63,947 bases of DNA, filler included, from Rhabdomonas costata (GCA_019059605.1; 57 parts of 57 records of this genome joined end to end with filler, not necessarily neighbours in it); one strand, 5' to 3'. Shown: positions 25,471 through 39,041, numbered from the whole stretch's first letter. Made by a program: numbers and translations. Notes: generated by a model not told the origin, from the letters alone.

Positions 25471-28251
25471 GTGTGGAGAAGGTAATGAATTAGTTGTGCA
25501 TTGAGGTGTCTCTTTCAGGATCCTCCGCTTTCATTTGCATGCCGTGGATCCCGACTCGGCACTGAGTTGGGGCTCCTATGCAGCCCTCGGGACCCCCGCC
25601 CCTTTGTGAGGTCGCTTCGCATCGCAGTACACGATGTGAGTGCACCTTCCCGTGGTGCGCACGCTCTCTCTTACTCCCGCACTCCGCACTGAATCCATGA
25701 AACTCGCTTTGCTCAGCAAAGAAAAGCTATAGAAGCCTTTCTTGGACACACAAACNNNNNNNNNNNNNNNNNNNNNNNNNNNNNNNNNNNNNNNNNNNNT
25801 TAATTAATTAANNNNNNNNNNNNNNNNNNNNNNNNNNNNNNNNNNNNNNNNNNNNGGTGTGGGGGTGGGCACGCTGTGGCTCTCCCTCACCCTGTACCAC
25901 GCCCAGGTGAGCTATCGTTGTTGGACGGGTTGACCTGCCCGTGCAATGCCGGGGCTTTCCTTGCCTGTGTGGTTGCTAGTTAGTTAGTTGCTTGGGGTCT
26001 TCTCATTGGATTCCAGTGGCTGGTTTGCAGGGGTTACCCGCCTCCCCCGCACATGGGCATGGCTCGTGTTAGAAGCTGATGTCAGGGTTCCCCTGACGTG
26101 CTGTGGACAAATCCGGAGTTAAGGCAGGGGGGGATCACAGCCGGAGAATCACTGGAGTATTTGCTTCTGTCATTGTCGGCTCCCGTGGTCAGATGTCTGT
26201 GGTGGTAACCTCCACCAAAGGTGAGCTTCGGGAGTGAGGTTCGGGAGGTTCTTCTTCGCTGCCTATGCTAACGATGAGCCCCCGGGGTGGTGGACCCCAT
26301 ATTGGGTTGTCGGTTATTCAGGCTGCGTATGTCCCCAATTAGCCACCTGCTGGCCCTCATGTTTCACAGGGGAAGTGAGTGGAGCCAGAGTTGCCTTCAT
26401 AAGTTTTTAGAAGGTCCCTGGTACCTGTCCGGAGAAGGACTACGGGTACACGCACCGTGCACAGAGTCGCTCTGGTGCACTCGTACCAACCCTCTCTGTC
26501 TCTCCCTCCTATGTCTCCTCTCTCTCTCTAACTCATCACGTCTCCCCCCCTGAACCCGGCCCGTCCTCCGATTTCAGAGGCGAAGTAACATACGAAAACT
26601 CGACCTCCACCCTACACGAAAACTACCGCTACGGACTACCATGAGCGTCTTTAGGCAGGCGGATATAGTGCCTTGCTAATGATGACCCAACAACACGGCC
26701 GGTTTGAAACGGGTCGAAATGCCAGTAAGGTATCAGATCATTCAGCTTCTCAACTCATAGTTCACTCTTTCACCTCGCTCACTCTTTTTCTCTCACTTCC
26801 ATCCTTTGCTGCTAAGGTCCGGCACTGGGTTCACACCACGCTGGCGTCCTCACGCTCCCCCAACCCCNNNNNNNNNNNNNNNNNNNNNNNNNNNNNNNNN
26901 NNNNNNNNNNNTTAATTAATTAANNNNNNNNNNNNNNNNNNNNNNNNNNNNNNNNNNNNNNNNNNNNGGGGTTTTGGGGTTTTCCAAACTTCTCGAACAA
27001 AGCAAATGGAAGATGGGGGAACGCTTTTAAGAGCTGTAACTTCATGAAATCGCAAACAAAAGCCAAGAAGAGAAAAGAACGCTTTGCTACAATTACGCAA
27101 AAAGAAAGCCTTTATATTTTTGGACCTTTGTTGTGCCGTACACAATACACGATGAAAATCTTTGCCAAATGTCCAGACCGGAGTGCTTGTTGGTTTGCTT
27201 TCTGTTCGGATGGATTTGTGTTCGACAAGTTTGGAAAACCCCAAAACAAACTTGTTGCTGAGATAGAACACGCCAAGTCTGTACCCGATATTATCCTGTG
27301 CATTCAGATGGTCTTTGGGTGCTGCAGACGCCTCGGACGGATAAATTCCTTGAGTGGAACGATTCTTCAAACAGCCAACGGTTCTTCGTAAAAGAGGAAA
27401 GCAGAACGGCCAAGGATGCAAGACGTGTCACCGTGCTGGTGGGAGGGCACAGGCAAGTGTGTGAGGCAGAGGCGGAGTGGCAGTGGTGAGTCCACTGCTT
27501 CAACAATCGCAGCACGGCGCAACCAGACCTCACGCAGAAAAGAGCCCCCAAAAAAAAAAGCGCACGCCAGCGTTATGCAGAAAAAGAACCCTGGGAGTAC
27601 GGGTGACCGCTTCCAGTGGTAACCGTACCACTGACACGATCAACCTCTTTTGAAACACTTGGAATCCCAATTATTTTCTTTTAAAGTTTTATTATTTTCT
27701 TTGAAAACGGCAGGCTCAGTGGTGGGTGCTAGCCGCTGATGCAATTCTGATGGAATTCACATTACCGAGTGGTTCACACCATCACAATACCGCGCGGACT
27801 GGCACCCACCTCACAACCCAAACCCCTAAACCCGCAAGACTCGTTTTGCCAAATCACACCCTTGTCCCTTGCCCCTTGCCAGCATTAATTGAAAGTATTA
27901 AGCCCACCTGCATCCTCTAAGCCAACATTAACCACAATCCACGGTGCACGGCCAGAGCCCACCTCTCTCATCACCTTTCCAACCCCACAAANNNNNNNNN
28001 NNNNNNNNNNNNNNNNNNNNNNNNNNNNNNNNNNNTTAATTAATTAANNNNNNNNNNNNNNNNNNNNNNNNNNNNNNNNNNNNNNNNNNNNCAGGAACGA
28101 ATATGGAAAACGCGGCACTTGCTTCGTCACGGCAGGACAGCAGTTCGAGTGTTCCAATATATATTTCACTTCTTCCCGCCTCGCTGGAAGCCATCGTAAT
28201 GAGGTTACCACTGGAAAAGACATATCTAAAAGACAACCCCCGACAAAACGC

Positions 28252-28960
28252 TCACAGCGGGAGGCCCAGCTCCTTGGCCTGCTGCTGGAAGGGCTCCCCT
28301 GGGGTGATCACCGACGAGGCCTTAAACCTCGAGCTGTTCTCAGCCACCCGAGGCAAGTCATAGCAGTAGTTCACCATCATCCCAAAGCTCTCCCCAACCC
28401 GCTTCGCGGAGAAATCCCCGGCGAAGTTAACCCGCCACAGGTTTGCCCCGTTCTTGATGTGAAACCCGCACACAGGGTCCACGGGCTTGCCCCCCTTCTT
28501 CTCCAAAAACAGGTAGGCCTATGGGGCGGACAACCGTGTATCGGGAAGATACGATCATTGGGGCCACGCGTGTGTGTCCCGAGTCTCTGGGATTCATTCA
28601 TGGTTACCTCACAACACCGAATTCAGACGGCTCCTCCTGTATTCCTTCGTTTCTCCACCGCTTCTCTGGAGGGAATCGCCGTGCACCGCCTTAGCAGCGG
28701 TTCAATAGTGCCCTGAACAGCATTCCAGAATTGCCGCTGCCTGCGTGTAGGACCCAAACAGAAAACCTGGGCCCAGAGTCGCAGTTACACCGCTATGAGA
28801 CAAGCACCCCCGTAACTTTGAAACACAAGCTGACAGAGATGCAGGACGCAAACCCCGGCAAGAGCCGTAAGAGGCCGCCGCATCAGTCGATGAAGCTCCG
28901 CGTCATTCCACCACTCCTTCACCGCAAGCAGAGTTTTCAAGGTGCCCACATGGTCGCTCT
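28252..28960 (-). CDS. MLYCD: Malonyl-CoA decarboxylase, last two exons
   Basis: Exon ~28960-28854 (LKTLLAVKEWWNDAELHRLMRRPLTALAG), intron 28853-28519, exon 28518-28252 (AYLFLEKKGGKPVDPVCGFHIKNGANLWRVNFAGDFS...SFGMMVNYCY...stop). Matches the MCD motif dPVanFHlxNGA...GmMvNY. Confidence 0.9.
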
Positions 28961-29215
28961 CTGAGCCCGTAAGGAAAGGGCAAGACACGGCGCGTCTTAT
29001 TCTATTCAAGAAGAGGAATACAACGTCCTTGAGCTCCCAACGAGATCAACAACAAGCAAACAGAACAGTATGCAATAGCATCGACGGAGAACTTTTAAGG
29101 GGCTTCTACTTAAAANNNNNNNNNNNNNNNNNNNNNNNNNNNNNNNNNNNNNNNNNNNNTTAATTAATTAANNNNNNNNNNNNNNNNNNNNNNNNNNNNN
29201 NNNNNNNNNNNNNNN

Positions 29216-29655
29216 GGGTTGTGGGTTGGGCATCCTCAGTCACCGTTCCCATGTACTGTACCTCAGGAAATCGCTCCAGCACCTCCGCGTCGTGCAGAAG
29301 CTCAAACTCCGCGGTAGCGTCCTGAGCCAAATGGGAGGTGAAGGGGGGGGGGGCATAAAAATCCTTAGGACATGGACCTTGCAAAAGAAACTTTTCGTTG
29401 AAGAATAGGGTGCAAACTTCAAAGCGGGCGGGTACGTACGTATTTCGCAGCAAATGGGCGGTGGGAGAAGGGCAGGAAGAACCCCACCTTTCCGGCCACA
29501 CTCAGCAGGACTGCACGGCCTCCAGGGTGAAGGGGAAGAAATCGGCTAAGGTCGTAGGCTTTGCCCCTTAAGATAACCCAGAGGTCCCCCTCCCTGTCGT
29601 GCAGGGCAACCTGGGTCCTGGACAGGGACCGCCCTTCGGGTTGTCGCTGAGACAT
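29216..29655 (-). CDS. Cytochrome b5-like heme-binding domain protein, N-terminus, 2 exons
   Basis: ATG exon 29655-29488 (LWVILRGKAYDLSRFLPLHPGG...VAGK), 166-nt intron, exon from 29321 (DATAEFELLH). HPGG and the second His ligand are present. Confidence 0.9.
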
Positions 29656-30650
29656 TTCGGCACCCGAAGGGGGTACTGCACCACAGCAGATGTTATGTTC
29701 TTTGTCTTTCGGTTACCCTGCAGGTGCAAAACGGCTCGGGAGATGCTGTGCAAACGGAATTAAAGAACATTGGAGCAAACTGAGAACGCTATGCTGGCAA
29801 TCTCAACGGCAGCACACCTCCCAGTAGAAAAAGACAGCTGCAGTTTTTTTTGGGACCAGTACAGCCCGGTTGCGTTTTGCTATGCTGCAGAGGATGAATC
29901 CCCAGAAACGTAAATTCGTAAATTCCGGATGCAACTCTGCGGCGTTTCAGCCGGAGTCCCCTGTTAGGAGAGAACTCCTACCAGCTCTTTTATCTGAAAA
30001 TGTTTGTGAAAAAATATCAGCTCCACCGCGGAAGGTGCTGCAGACCGGACTTGAGAGGCAGCTCTGCGAGCGTTGTCAGTGAAAAACGCAACAAATCCAC
30101 GGCTCTCCCAAAGTCATGCACAATTCAAAGCCATCCGCAGTATCGAAATAGGAAGCACATGCGCAATCACACCCAAACAAAACAGGCAGACACACTCACA
30201 ACCATCGTGGCAACAGCCCAAACCAGCTACCACACCCCCNNNNNNNNNNNNNNNNNNNNNNNNNNNNNNNNNNNNNNNNNNNNTTAATTAATTAANNNNN
30301 NNNNNNNNNNNNNNNNNNNNNNNNNNNNNNNNNNNNNNNGGGTGGTGTTGAAGAAAACAGCGAAACATACAATCCAACTCAACATGTCTCATTCAATTTG
30401 ACGAACATGGGGAATTGGGGCTACCGACAGTTCCCCATGTTCGTCAAATTGAATGAGACATGTTGAGTTGGTTTGTGTGTTTCGCTGTTCTCTTCAGCAC
30501 CTCCCCCAAGGAGCTCTTGACCGCGCAGCAAAGTCATACTGCATTCCTTTCCGCCCTGCTTCTGCAGAATTGGAATATTCTTGCTGAAAACCATGCCTGA
30601 CTTCCACCTTTTTTTCCCGGCATTGGTGTCGCTCGGTTCTCTCCACGCAG

Positions 30651-31253
30651 AACGGTATCGGTACGGACGCCTCCATCCCGACGCACATCAACAACATCTG
30701 CGAGCGAAATTACTGCCAAGTCAAATGTTCTCACACTCGCATTCCCCGTCCTCTCGCCCGTCGCGCTTCTCGAAGACAACAGCTTCTTCTTCAAAATCAC
30801 TGTTCGTTATGATTGGTGGTTTTACTCGCGGGTTGCCGTCTGCGCTAGTTCATGGGGGAACATACGACCTTTTTAAAAGATGCCTTGGGACGAGATCCTG
30901 AGGATCCTGGCTTGAGAAGCTGGCTTGGCCAATAATGGTGGCGTCTTCGGTCATCCTCTTTTTCATACGCCCAAACAAAATGGGGACACAACAACACGAA
31001 AATATACGGAAAATTATGGGGGTATCAAGCGTCAAGCGTCACGGGTTCATAATCCGACTCCCACTCGACCCACTCCACTCTACCCCACCGTGTCTCAGCT
31101 ACGGCTCGGCACATGGTTCCGACGAAGCTTGGGGTGATCCTCGTGCACGGCTACCACAAGATTGACTCCGAGTTGGTGCTCCCCGAGGTCCGGGCCCACA
31201 TCGAGCGAGAGGTGGCAAACATCGCCACTGGGGCGGCCACAATCGACTTCATC
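30651..31253 (+). CDS. TOP3B: DNA topoisomerase III beta, 2 internal exons
   Basis: Exon 30651-30726 ([25 protein letters not shown]), intron 30727-31098, exon 31099-31253 ([36 protein letters not shown]). GIGTDAS and LVHGYxKIDxELVLP are typical of TOP3B. Confidence 0.92.
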
Positions 31254-32861
31254 GTATGCGCGTCCGAAGGACTTGCTATTTTCTGCATTAAAAGCTGCAG
31301 AAAGAATTTTATTTTGCACCAATAAGTCAGAGCAAGTGACTGGCGATGGGAAGCCAAAAAAAANNNNNNNNNNNNNNNNNNNNNNNNNNNNNNNNNNNNN
31401 NNNNNNNTTAATTAATTAANNNNNNNNNNNNNNNNNNNNNNNNNNNNNNNNNNNNNNNNNNNNGGGGGGGGGGTCGAGTTTCAGCTTAACCCCAAATAAG
31501 ACAAAAAGCAGGGACCCGAACGATACATGAAGAAGTGTCGCGAACATGCAATGCGCGCTGCCTGGGTGTTTGTACGAAGATAGAAATAATCCACATAGCC
31601 CAAGAGGAGCCCCGCACCAGGAAAAGCCCACTCGGGCACAGTGCAACGGCAGCTAAAAAGACCCGCACCCATGAAGGGAGCAGCACTTTTGAAGTTGGGG
31701 GTGACTGTTACCACTGGAGACCTATGAAGTCATTTCACATGAACACCCCTGGTGAACAAAATACAAACCGTTGTTTCCGGAAAACAAGTAAATGAACTGG
31801 AAAAAAGAACACCGCTGCCCAATTCTCAGTTGAACGATAAATTCTGGCTGATCCAGCCATACGGTTTCTCAAACGACGTCCTTTCGATACTCATTTCTGC
31901 CCAGGCTGCGAAGGAAGGCTCAGGCAAGCGGAGCTCCAAGGCAACAAGATCGACCAGCTCCTCCCAAGAAGCTCGCTGGGAAGCGCGTCCAGCCTATGCC
32001 AGCACCAATGGTTCGAGCATGGTTCGGGTTTTGCAGGCAGAAAGCCTTCACGGCACAGCCAAGCACTCCAGCAGAATGGTAGTTATCCAGTACGGCATCC
32101 ATGCCTTCGCCGCGTTGAATGTCCGGGAGGTGTTGGCCATTTCCTCGTACTGCGCTCTCAGCCAGGGCACTGTCAGATTCGCCCACTGCAGACCCACCCT
32201 CAACAACAAAGTGACACCCCCCCTTTGCAAAAAAAATATTTCCGAGGTATGTGTGAATGTTTCCACAAGTGTTAGCGCACGCTAAAGGCAAGAAAAAAAA
32301 AGGGGGGACTTCCTCAGCGAGACAAAACCAAGCAACAAAAAGCGACGCAAGACTTGACTTGACTTGACTTGCGCAAGCAAGCACAATTGCTCAGTGCCTA
32401 GGATTGACGGCAGGGAGCCAATATCCCCCCACCCGGCTGAAAACCTCCGGATTGCTTCGACCTCTGCCTTGCTCCCACCCAACCACANNNNNNNNNNNNN
32501 NNNNNNNNNNNNNNNNNNNNNNNNNNNNNNNTTAATTAATTAANNNNNNNNNNNNNNNNNNNNNNNNNNNNNNNNNNNNNNNNNNNNGTGTTGGGTGTGG
32601 TTGGCGTGTTGTGTGTCCTGTGTCGTGCATCCAAGCGTGCTGACGGCGTGCTGACTGTTGCTGCAGTGACGTCAGTTCACGCCCACAAGGAAATCGCACT
32701 GTATGCCTCCGTCATGATGTGTGCCAGCTGATTTAGTGGTGGTGGTGGTGGTGGTGTCCCAGTACAACCGTGGATTTTTGGTGGGGATCTGGGAAGTGGC
32801 AATAGCTTAGACCCTCATCGGAACTCCCGCAGTAATCACAACCATATTAAATCAAAACCAG

Positions 32862-33055
32862 GGTGATGTTCCTGTTGGAGTACGTCCCTGGCGGGGACCT
32901 CAGCGCCCTCCTGCGGAAATCTCCTGGACACCGTCTGGAGGAGTCGCTGGCCCGGAGCATGCTCGCAGAGGTGGTGCTGGCGCTGGAGTACCTGCACAAG
33001 CACGGCATCATCTACCGCGACCTGAAGCCCGGGAACATTCTGCTGGACAGCAAAG
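32862..33055 (+). CDS. AGC-group Ser/Thr kinase, internal exon
   Basis: Reads LEYVPGGDL...AEVVLALEYLHKHGIIYRDLKPGNILLDSK (subdomains V-VIb), followed by G|GTGTGT. Confidence 0.9.
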
Positions 33056-33711
33056 GTGTGTGTGTGTGTGGTGGGTGTGCATGTGTGTTTTGCTTGAATC
33101 ACATGCTGCCCGATAATCACTTTAGTGTGGAATTTAGAGCCGGTGCAGTGGGGCCTGTGCGTCCGCATGTGTTTTCTGTGTTTTTTTGGTCGCATTATTA
33201 CCCGGTTGCATTGTTTGGAATCCGACTTTGCGCGTCGCATTCATTTTTGTGGGCGTTGTCGCGATAGGCCGAAAAGGAGGCACTCTGCGGCTGGCTGTAC
33301 GAAGGCCCAGCAGTTGGATCCTCATCTCAAGCCGAGAGGGTTTCATACATTGCACGGAAGCCGCCAGTGGCACCCCGGACATGTTCTGGCCGTGGACATG
33401 ACCATTCACTCCTCCAGCTTGCTGAGCGCCCCGAGACGAATTTCGGAGTCTACTACCACCTGCCGACTCGCAAAGGCCGCTGCACACAAGGAACAACTAT
33501 CCCCCAAGCTCTGCGCAGAGGTGCAAATGTAGCCCCAACGGGGAGTCATACTCCGCCATCTCAGCACGCTGACGCCCACCCCACTGCAGCTGTGGACACA
33601 GCCCGCCAAATNNNNNNNNNNNNNNNNNNNNNNNNNNNNNNNNNNNNNNNNNNNNTTAATTAATTAANNNNNNNNNNNNNNNNNNNNNNNNNNNNNNNNN
33701 NNNNNNNNNNN

Positions 33712-34678
33712 TGTTGTTTTGTGGTGCCTCCGCTGCGTGGGAAGCTGTGGCACGGGAGGAGCTGCGGCCGAAGTTCCTGCTCACTGACGCGCAGATCGAA
33801 GCTCTGGCCCAACGAATGGACTTCGAGATGACCTCCAGCCTTCGCACGGTGTGTCTGTGGTTTCAGATTAAGTCGTTTGCCATGGATGGCGAGTGCTCTC
33901 GGCAAAGTCTGCTGTTCTGTGCGGCCGCCTGCCTTCTGGAGGTCGTGCGAGGTCAGAAGGCGGTGCACGTTCCCTAAGGATGTAAGGCAAAAAAAATAAA
34001 GGGGGCTCAATACAGTGAGGAAAAAATGATTCGGTTCAGTTCCACCAGTTCCACCGCAGGGGGAACGCGTATAATTTCGGTCCAAGGGAACCAAGAGGCA
34101 TGTGTGTGTGGACCTAGCCTGGGCTGAGGTTCCCCATGCGCCCAAGGCGGAACTGGACTGTGTGTCCTTTTTCCCCCTACGTATTTTTTCCGCTGTAAAT
34201 TAAGGTCAGGAAGGTGTCTTCGTTTCAAGGCGGTCGACCTTTTGGTTGGGAGAAGTGCTGGAATTGTGATGGGGGAGGAGTTGGGATGGGATGCGGGATG
34301 GGGTTGACTGCCAGCCTGACGTCAACGATGCCATCATGATGCTCCCCAGCTTCGTGTGTGGCCGGCCCACGGGGGCAGAGCAGGGCACCTACCTCGCCCT
34401 GGATCTGGGGGGCACCAACCTGAGGGTGGTCCAGGTTGACCTCGCCGGGGGCCGGGTAGCGCGCACCCGGTTCTCCAGGTATCCCGTTCCCGCCGAGTGC
34501 CAGAGCGGGACCGCGGGGCAGCTCTTCGGGTTCCTTGCGGAGGCTGTGGAGAGCTTTCTGAAGGAGCACGGGATGCTCGGCCTGCGGCCGCAACCCCTAT
34601 ACCCGCTGGGGTTCACGTTCAGCTTCCCGTGCAGGCAGCAGCGCGTCGACAGGGGCACGTTGATCTCGTGGACCAAAG
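33712..34678 (+). CDS. HXK: Hexokinase, N-terminal domain, 2 exons
   Basis: Exon to 33848, intron 33849-34314, exon 34315-34678. Contains MLPSFV, YLALDLGGTNLRV (ATP-binding) and PLGFTFSFPCRQ...LISWTKG (sugar-binding). Confidence 0.95.
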
Positions 34679-36289
34679 GTGGGGTGAACCGATCCCTTCC
34701 ACTACTCTCTTTTCGTTTTGTCCCCTTGATTTTGGNNNNNNNNNNNNNNNNNNNNNNNNNNNNNNNNNNNNNNNNNNNNTTAATTAATTAANNNNNNNNN
34801 NNNNNNNNNNNNNNNNNNNNNNNNNNNNNNNNNNNGTGGTGGTTGCCTCAGGCAGTATAGCCTTCTGTGCATGTTGTGCATGTGTGTGTGTGTGTGTCTG
34901 TGCGCGCATAGCGCCTTGACTATGCGTGGCAGGCCATTGGTGACCACTGTCAACTGACGGGGGCAAACGCTGTTGGTGTGTGCGTGGAAGTGCAGGCACG
35001 TCCTTTTGTGTATTCCGAGTGAAGGTCCGAGGTTTATCAACAACCTGTGATCAATTACGTGTGTTGTGTCAGAGTGCAGAGGGCAAGGTGTGGATGTGTC
35101 TGCAGTGAGATTTGCCAAAGAGAGCAAGAGAGCACAAGGCAGACCTTCATATCTTCTCTGCTTTCTTCGGGGCTCTCCATAGTCCACGGAGTCACCCATT
35201 GCCACCCCCCCGCCGCCAAAGTTGCCCACCTTCCAAAACAACAACCCTCAACTCCGCACTCACCCTTACGTTACGTCTTCGCCAAAATCACACAAAAAAA
35301 TAACAGAGCACTTGAGGAGAATTTCAGAAAATATGGGAGGGACGTTGAAGGCGAGTACTCTCCCATTCGCCGCTGTGAATGCTGCTACACCTCTCGCAAA
35401 AAATGACCGGAGAAGTGTCGCTGTAAATTCTTCCTCGGTCCGGTGCCGAATCTCTTGCGCACACTTCACGACAGGTTGGCAAGCAAATGAAGGCAAACGG
35501 GCCCCAGTTGGAGAATTTGGTGAGGAAAACGCAGAGAGGGGAGTTAGGGCCCCAAGGGCTTGTATTTCACGGACTAGATCCGTTTCGAGGCATGTGCACC
35601 CAAAACCCCAACCAGGCTGCATCCAACACGGTAGCCCACAGGCCCCACATCGAATGGTTTGCTGGTGTGTGCATCGGGGTCCATGAAATCCGAGAGTCCA
35701 ATGAATCAAGGACGACTGCCAAAAAACAATTGTCGTATTTCTCGTGGTTGAGTTGAGTGAAGCCCAGCTGAGCTTTTGCAAGCCTACAGCTGGAAATGGG
35801 AAAGAAAGCGAAGACCTCCAGCAAAAACCATCGGCAGATCAGCGTAACCACCAAAACAANNNNNNNNNNNNNNNNNNNNNNNNNNNNNNNNNNNNNNNNN
35901 NNNTTAATTAATTAANNNNNNNNNNNNNNNNNNNNNNNNNNNNNNNNNNNNNNNNNNNNTTTTGGTGGTGGGCATCATATTTGGCCGGGGGAGAGGGAGC
36001 GCAGCAGCCGAAGAGGCAGAAAGAGTAGAAGAGGGCACAGGCACCAAAGGTTTCGGGTGTTGCTGCCTCCTCCGCTGCTTCCTTTCGGGCGCAGAATTCT
36101 AAAAGAACATTTTGCTTGTGGTCACCAGCGTGAAATATCACGTGGAGTGTGCAACAACATGTGCAGGTGGTTTGGGGGATGATGCAAGTTCCTACAGAAC
36201 GTGTGGGGTCTTGCTTTTGGTTTACACGCTTTGGGCAGCGAAAAGTGATGTAATATGAGGGGCCTGTCAAAAAAATGGCTCTGTCATCC

Positions 36290-36350
36290 TGGAGGGGCTC
36301 ACACATGGGAGGTGGCTCACACCTGGGGGGTGTCTCACAAATGGGGGTGG
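36290..36350 (+). repeat. Imperfect 18-bp tandem repeat, about 3 copies (TGGRRGKGKCTCACAMM-like), intronic
   Basis: tggaggggctcacaca / tgggaggtggctcacacc / tggggggtgtctcacaaa. Confidence 0.6.
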
Positions 36351-36383
36351 CGTTGCTACTTTTTTGGTGTGTTGTTTCTGCAG

Positions 36384-36983
36384 CTGTCAATGCTGTGAAG
36401 AAGAAGGAGTACGCTCTGGTGTGGGCACGCCTAGCTGCTTCTCCTTGCTACTCTTTCGGTCCTATGCACCCCATCTCCTCGCTTCTTTCAGTGAGGACTA
36501 TGGTCTGCTGTGCCCCTCTTCACACGGGCACGCGCTTTTAGAAAGCAAAAACGTTCTCGTTTGCGGACGCACCGCGCTCCCGAGGGCACTCAAACTCTGC
36601 TTTGCCCTTTGCAGTAACCTCACCGAGACCCCAATGCAAAGCCAAATCTTTTCACAGCAGCGCGCACAGAAAATACTTCGTGGATGCAGCAGAGTTCTTT
36701 TTGGCGGCAGCCAGTTCCACCTTGTAATGGTCATGTCCCTCGGGGGGTTTCGTGCACCGTTATTTTCTCGGGTTTCTGGCATCTGGTATCTTTCCCCCGC
36801 CTCAGGTGTTTATGGACTTGCACATGACCCGGCAAAGTGGGTTTGACGCCACTCTGCAGATCCGCGAGTTCGAGAGCGCCACTAGGCTTGCTCCGTGCAA
36901 GATCATTGGACTGACTGGAGACATGAAGGAGGAAGTTGCCGGGCTTTGCCTCAAGGTTGGCATGAACGAGGTCACCACCACAA
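36384..36983 (+). CDS. Response-regulator receiver domain (hybrid histidine kinase type), 2 exons
   Basis: Exon 36384-36418 (AVNAVKKKEYAL), 387-nt intron, exon from 36806 (VFMDLHMTRQSGFDATLQIREFE...KIIGLTG...CLKVGMNE). The phosphoacceptor Asp and the conserved Thr are present. Confidence 0.85.
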
Positions 36984-38886
36984 NNNNNNNNNNNNNNNNN
37001 NNNNNNNNNNNNNNNNNNNNNNNNNNNTTAATTAATTAANNNNNNNNNNNNNNNNNNNNNNNNNNNNNNNNNNNNNNNNNNNNGTGTGTAGCGAGTGTGT
37101 GCTAGGTACAGGTACAACGAAGGATGGTTACCACACGGTACATCGGCAGCCTACCATACCCTTCTCAGGAACCCTAAGCCTATCCCAACACCTGGAACTA
37201 GCACACACTCGCTACACTACTAAAAGGGTAACACACCCTACGTTTACGTATAAGCGTATCTACTATTGTATTGTGTCTCTGGATGAATGGGGTCACACCA
37301 CCTTTGCCAACCTGTGGCTTGATGACATGACTCGCCCCACCCCAACGCGATATCACCTCCGTGTGTGAAGTTGAGCAACATGTGCCGATCCTCCTCCACC
37401 TGAGCTCCATCGTTACCAGTGGCCATGGTTGGCAGGTAATGTGTGCACAACAACCCAATGCTATACGTATAAGTCAACAGAAACACATACGCACACACAC
37501 GGGATTTTTGTGTCTCGGTTCGAAAGGTGCGAATCAATATCGTGTGATGACGTTCGGTTGGTGGGTTTCACTAATTTTACTTAGCACCTCATGACACCAA
37601 GTTCACCTAGCCACACCGTTACCCACCCATACTAGCAGTGACGGATACCCTGGATCAGTTTCAGCGCACACGTTGAGTTGGACGTGCTAGCCTACCATCC
37701 AGAAACCCATTCACGCTCCCAGACTTCCACCGCCACGCCTCCACGCAACGCCTTCCATCGGCTTGCCGTCACGCCCACGCCGAAGAGGGAGTCAACCTAC
37801 CCCGTTCCTACCCCATTTACGTAGCAATGATGCGCATTACCGTGGGTGAGCTCATCATTGAGAGACGACCTAATTCCTACCCGACTTCAACACGCGCACG
37901 CTGGAACGAAGCAACCCCGAAATACGCCGTCGTCGCGCTTCCCTTGTCCGACATCCACCCATGTACCCTGTGCAAGGAATAGTAGATCAAGTTACACCAA
38001 CGCACCCTCTCCGAATCTATCTGCCACAAAACCTATCCTTGTCTGAAGCGCAAGAACCCACCGAACCCACACGGAAGCACTAACAAAGCCCAACCCACGA
38101 ACCACACNNNNNNNNNNNNNNNNNNNNNNNNNNNNNNNNNNNNNNNNNNNNTTAATTAATTAANNNNNNNNNNNNNNNNNNNNNNNNNNNNNNNNNNNNN
38201 NNNNNNNGTTTTTGGTTCTGGGTATCTGATGCTACCATTGACAACTTTTACCGAACCATGCAGTTCAACCACGTGGACGTGATTGTGCGATTGTGTGATT
38301 GCGGTCGCTGGCAACCGTGGTTTGTGGAAGCCGTTGTGGGGAGAGTCCTCGCACCGTGCATCCTGGAAGATGCTTGTCTGGTGCAAGTGAAAATAAGGAA
38401 AGCCAACGGGCAGAGCAGGTGCGAGAGTTGAGATCAACTCAGCAGTCTTGCTATTTGCTATGCAATTTATTTGTCTTGTTTCAGAGCAGTTCGAGAGTTT
38501 TGTGCTTGAAGCCATCGAAACCACCTCTCCTTTGTGTCTCTTTGCAATATACAACTGAGGAATGGTCGACATCCGACCGCCCGGAGTCAGATAACCCCCC
38601 TGGCTCCTCTTGGGGACTGGGGCCATCTCTCCTAGCTCCGCAGTTTACTTCCTCTGTTGCCGTATATTCTCCATCAGTTCAAAACTACGGAGTCCCACGA
38701 TCTCGCAGGCGAGGCGTTCATTATGGAGAATGGAGCGCACTTTTCTTTCGCGCACAACCAATACAAGCGTATACAAACTTATACAAGAAGTCTCCCCAAA
38801 TTTGCAGTATCGCGCTTGTAGCCGGCACTCCAACGCGCGCGCACACACACATAGTGGCGCTGGCACCACCACTCGCACACGCACAG

Positions 38887-39041
38887 CTGGCGGAGACGTT
38901 TGAACTGCAGCACAAGGGCCATGGTTCCGGGGACAGCCGGTTTGTCCAGCTCTCCAAGAGCACCGTGGGGGCGGCCACTCGCCCTCCTGTGGCGACGGCG
39001 ATGCGGCTGCAACACTGGGTCTCACACGCCCTGCGCAACAG
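38887..39041 (+). CDS. Putative internal exon, unknown protein
   Basis: GC3-rich LAETFELQHKGHG...WVSHALRN between CAG and AG|GTGTAG. Confidence 0.3.
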
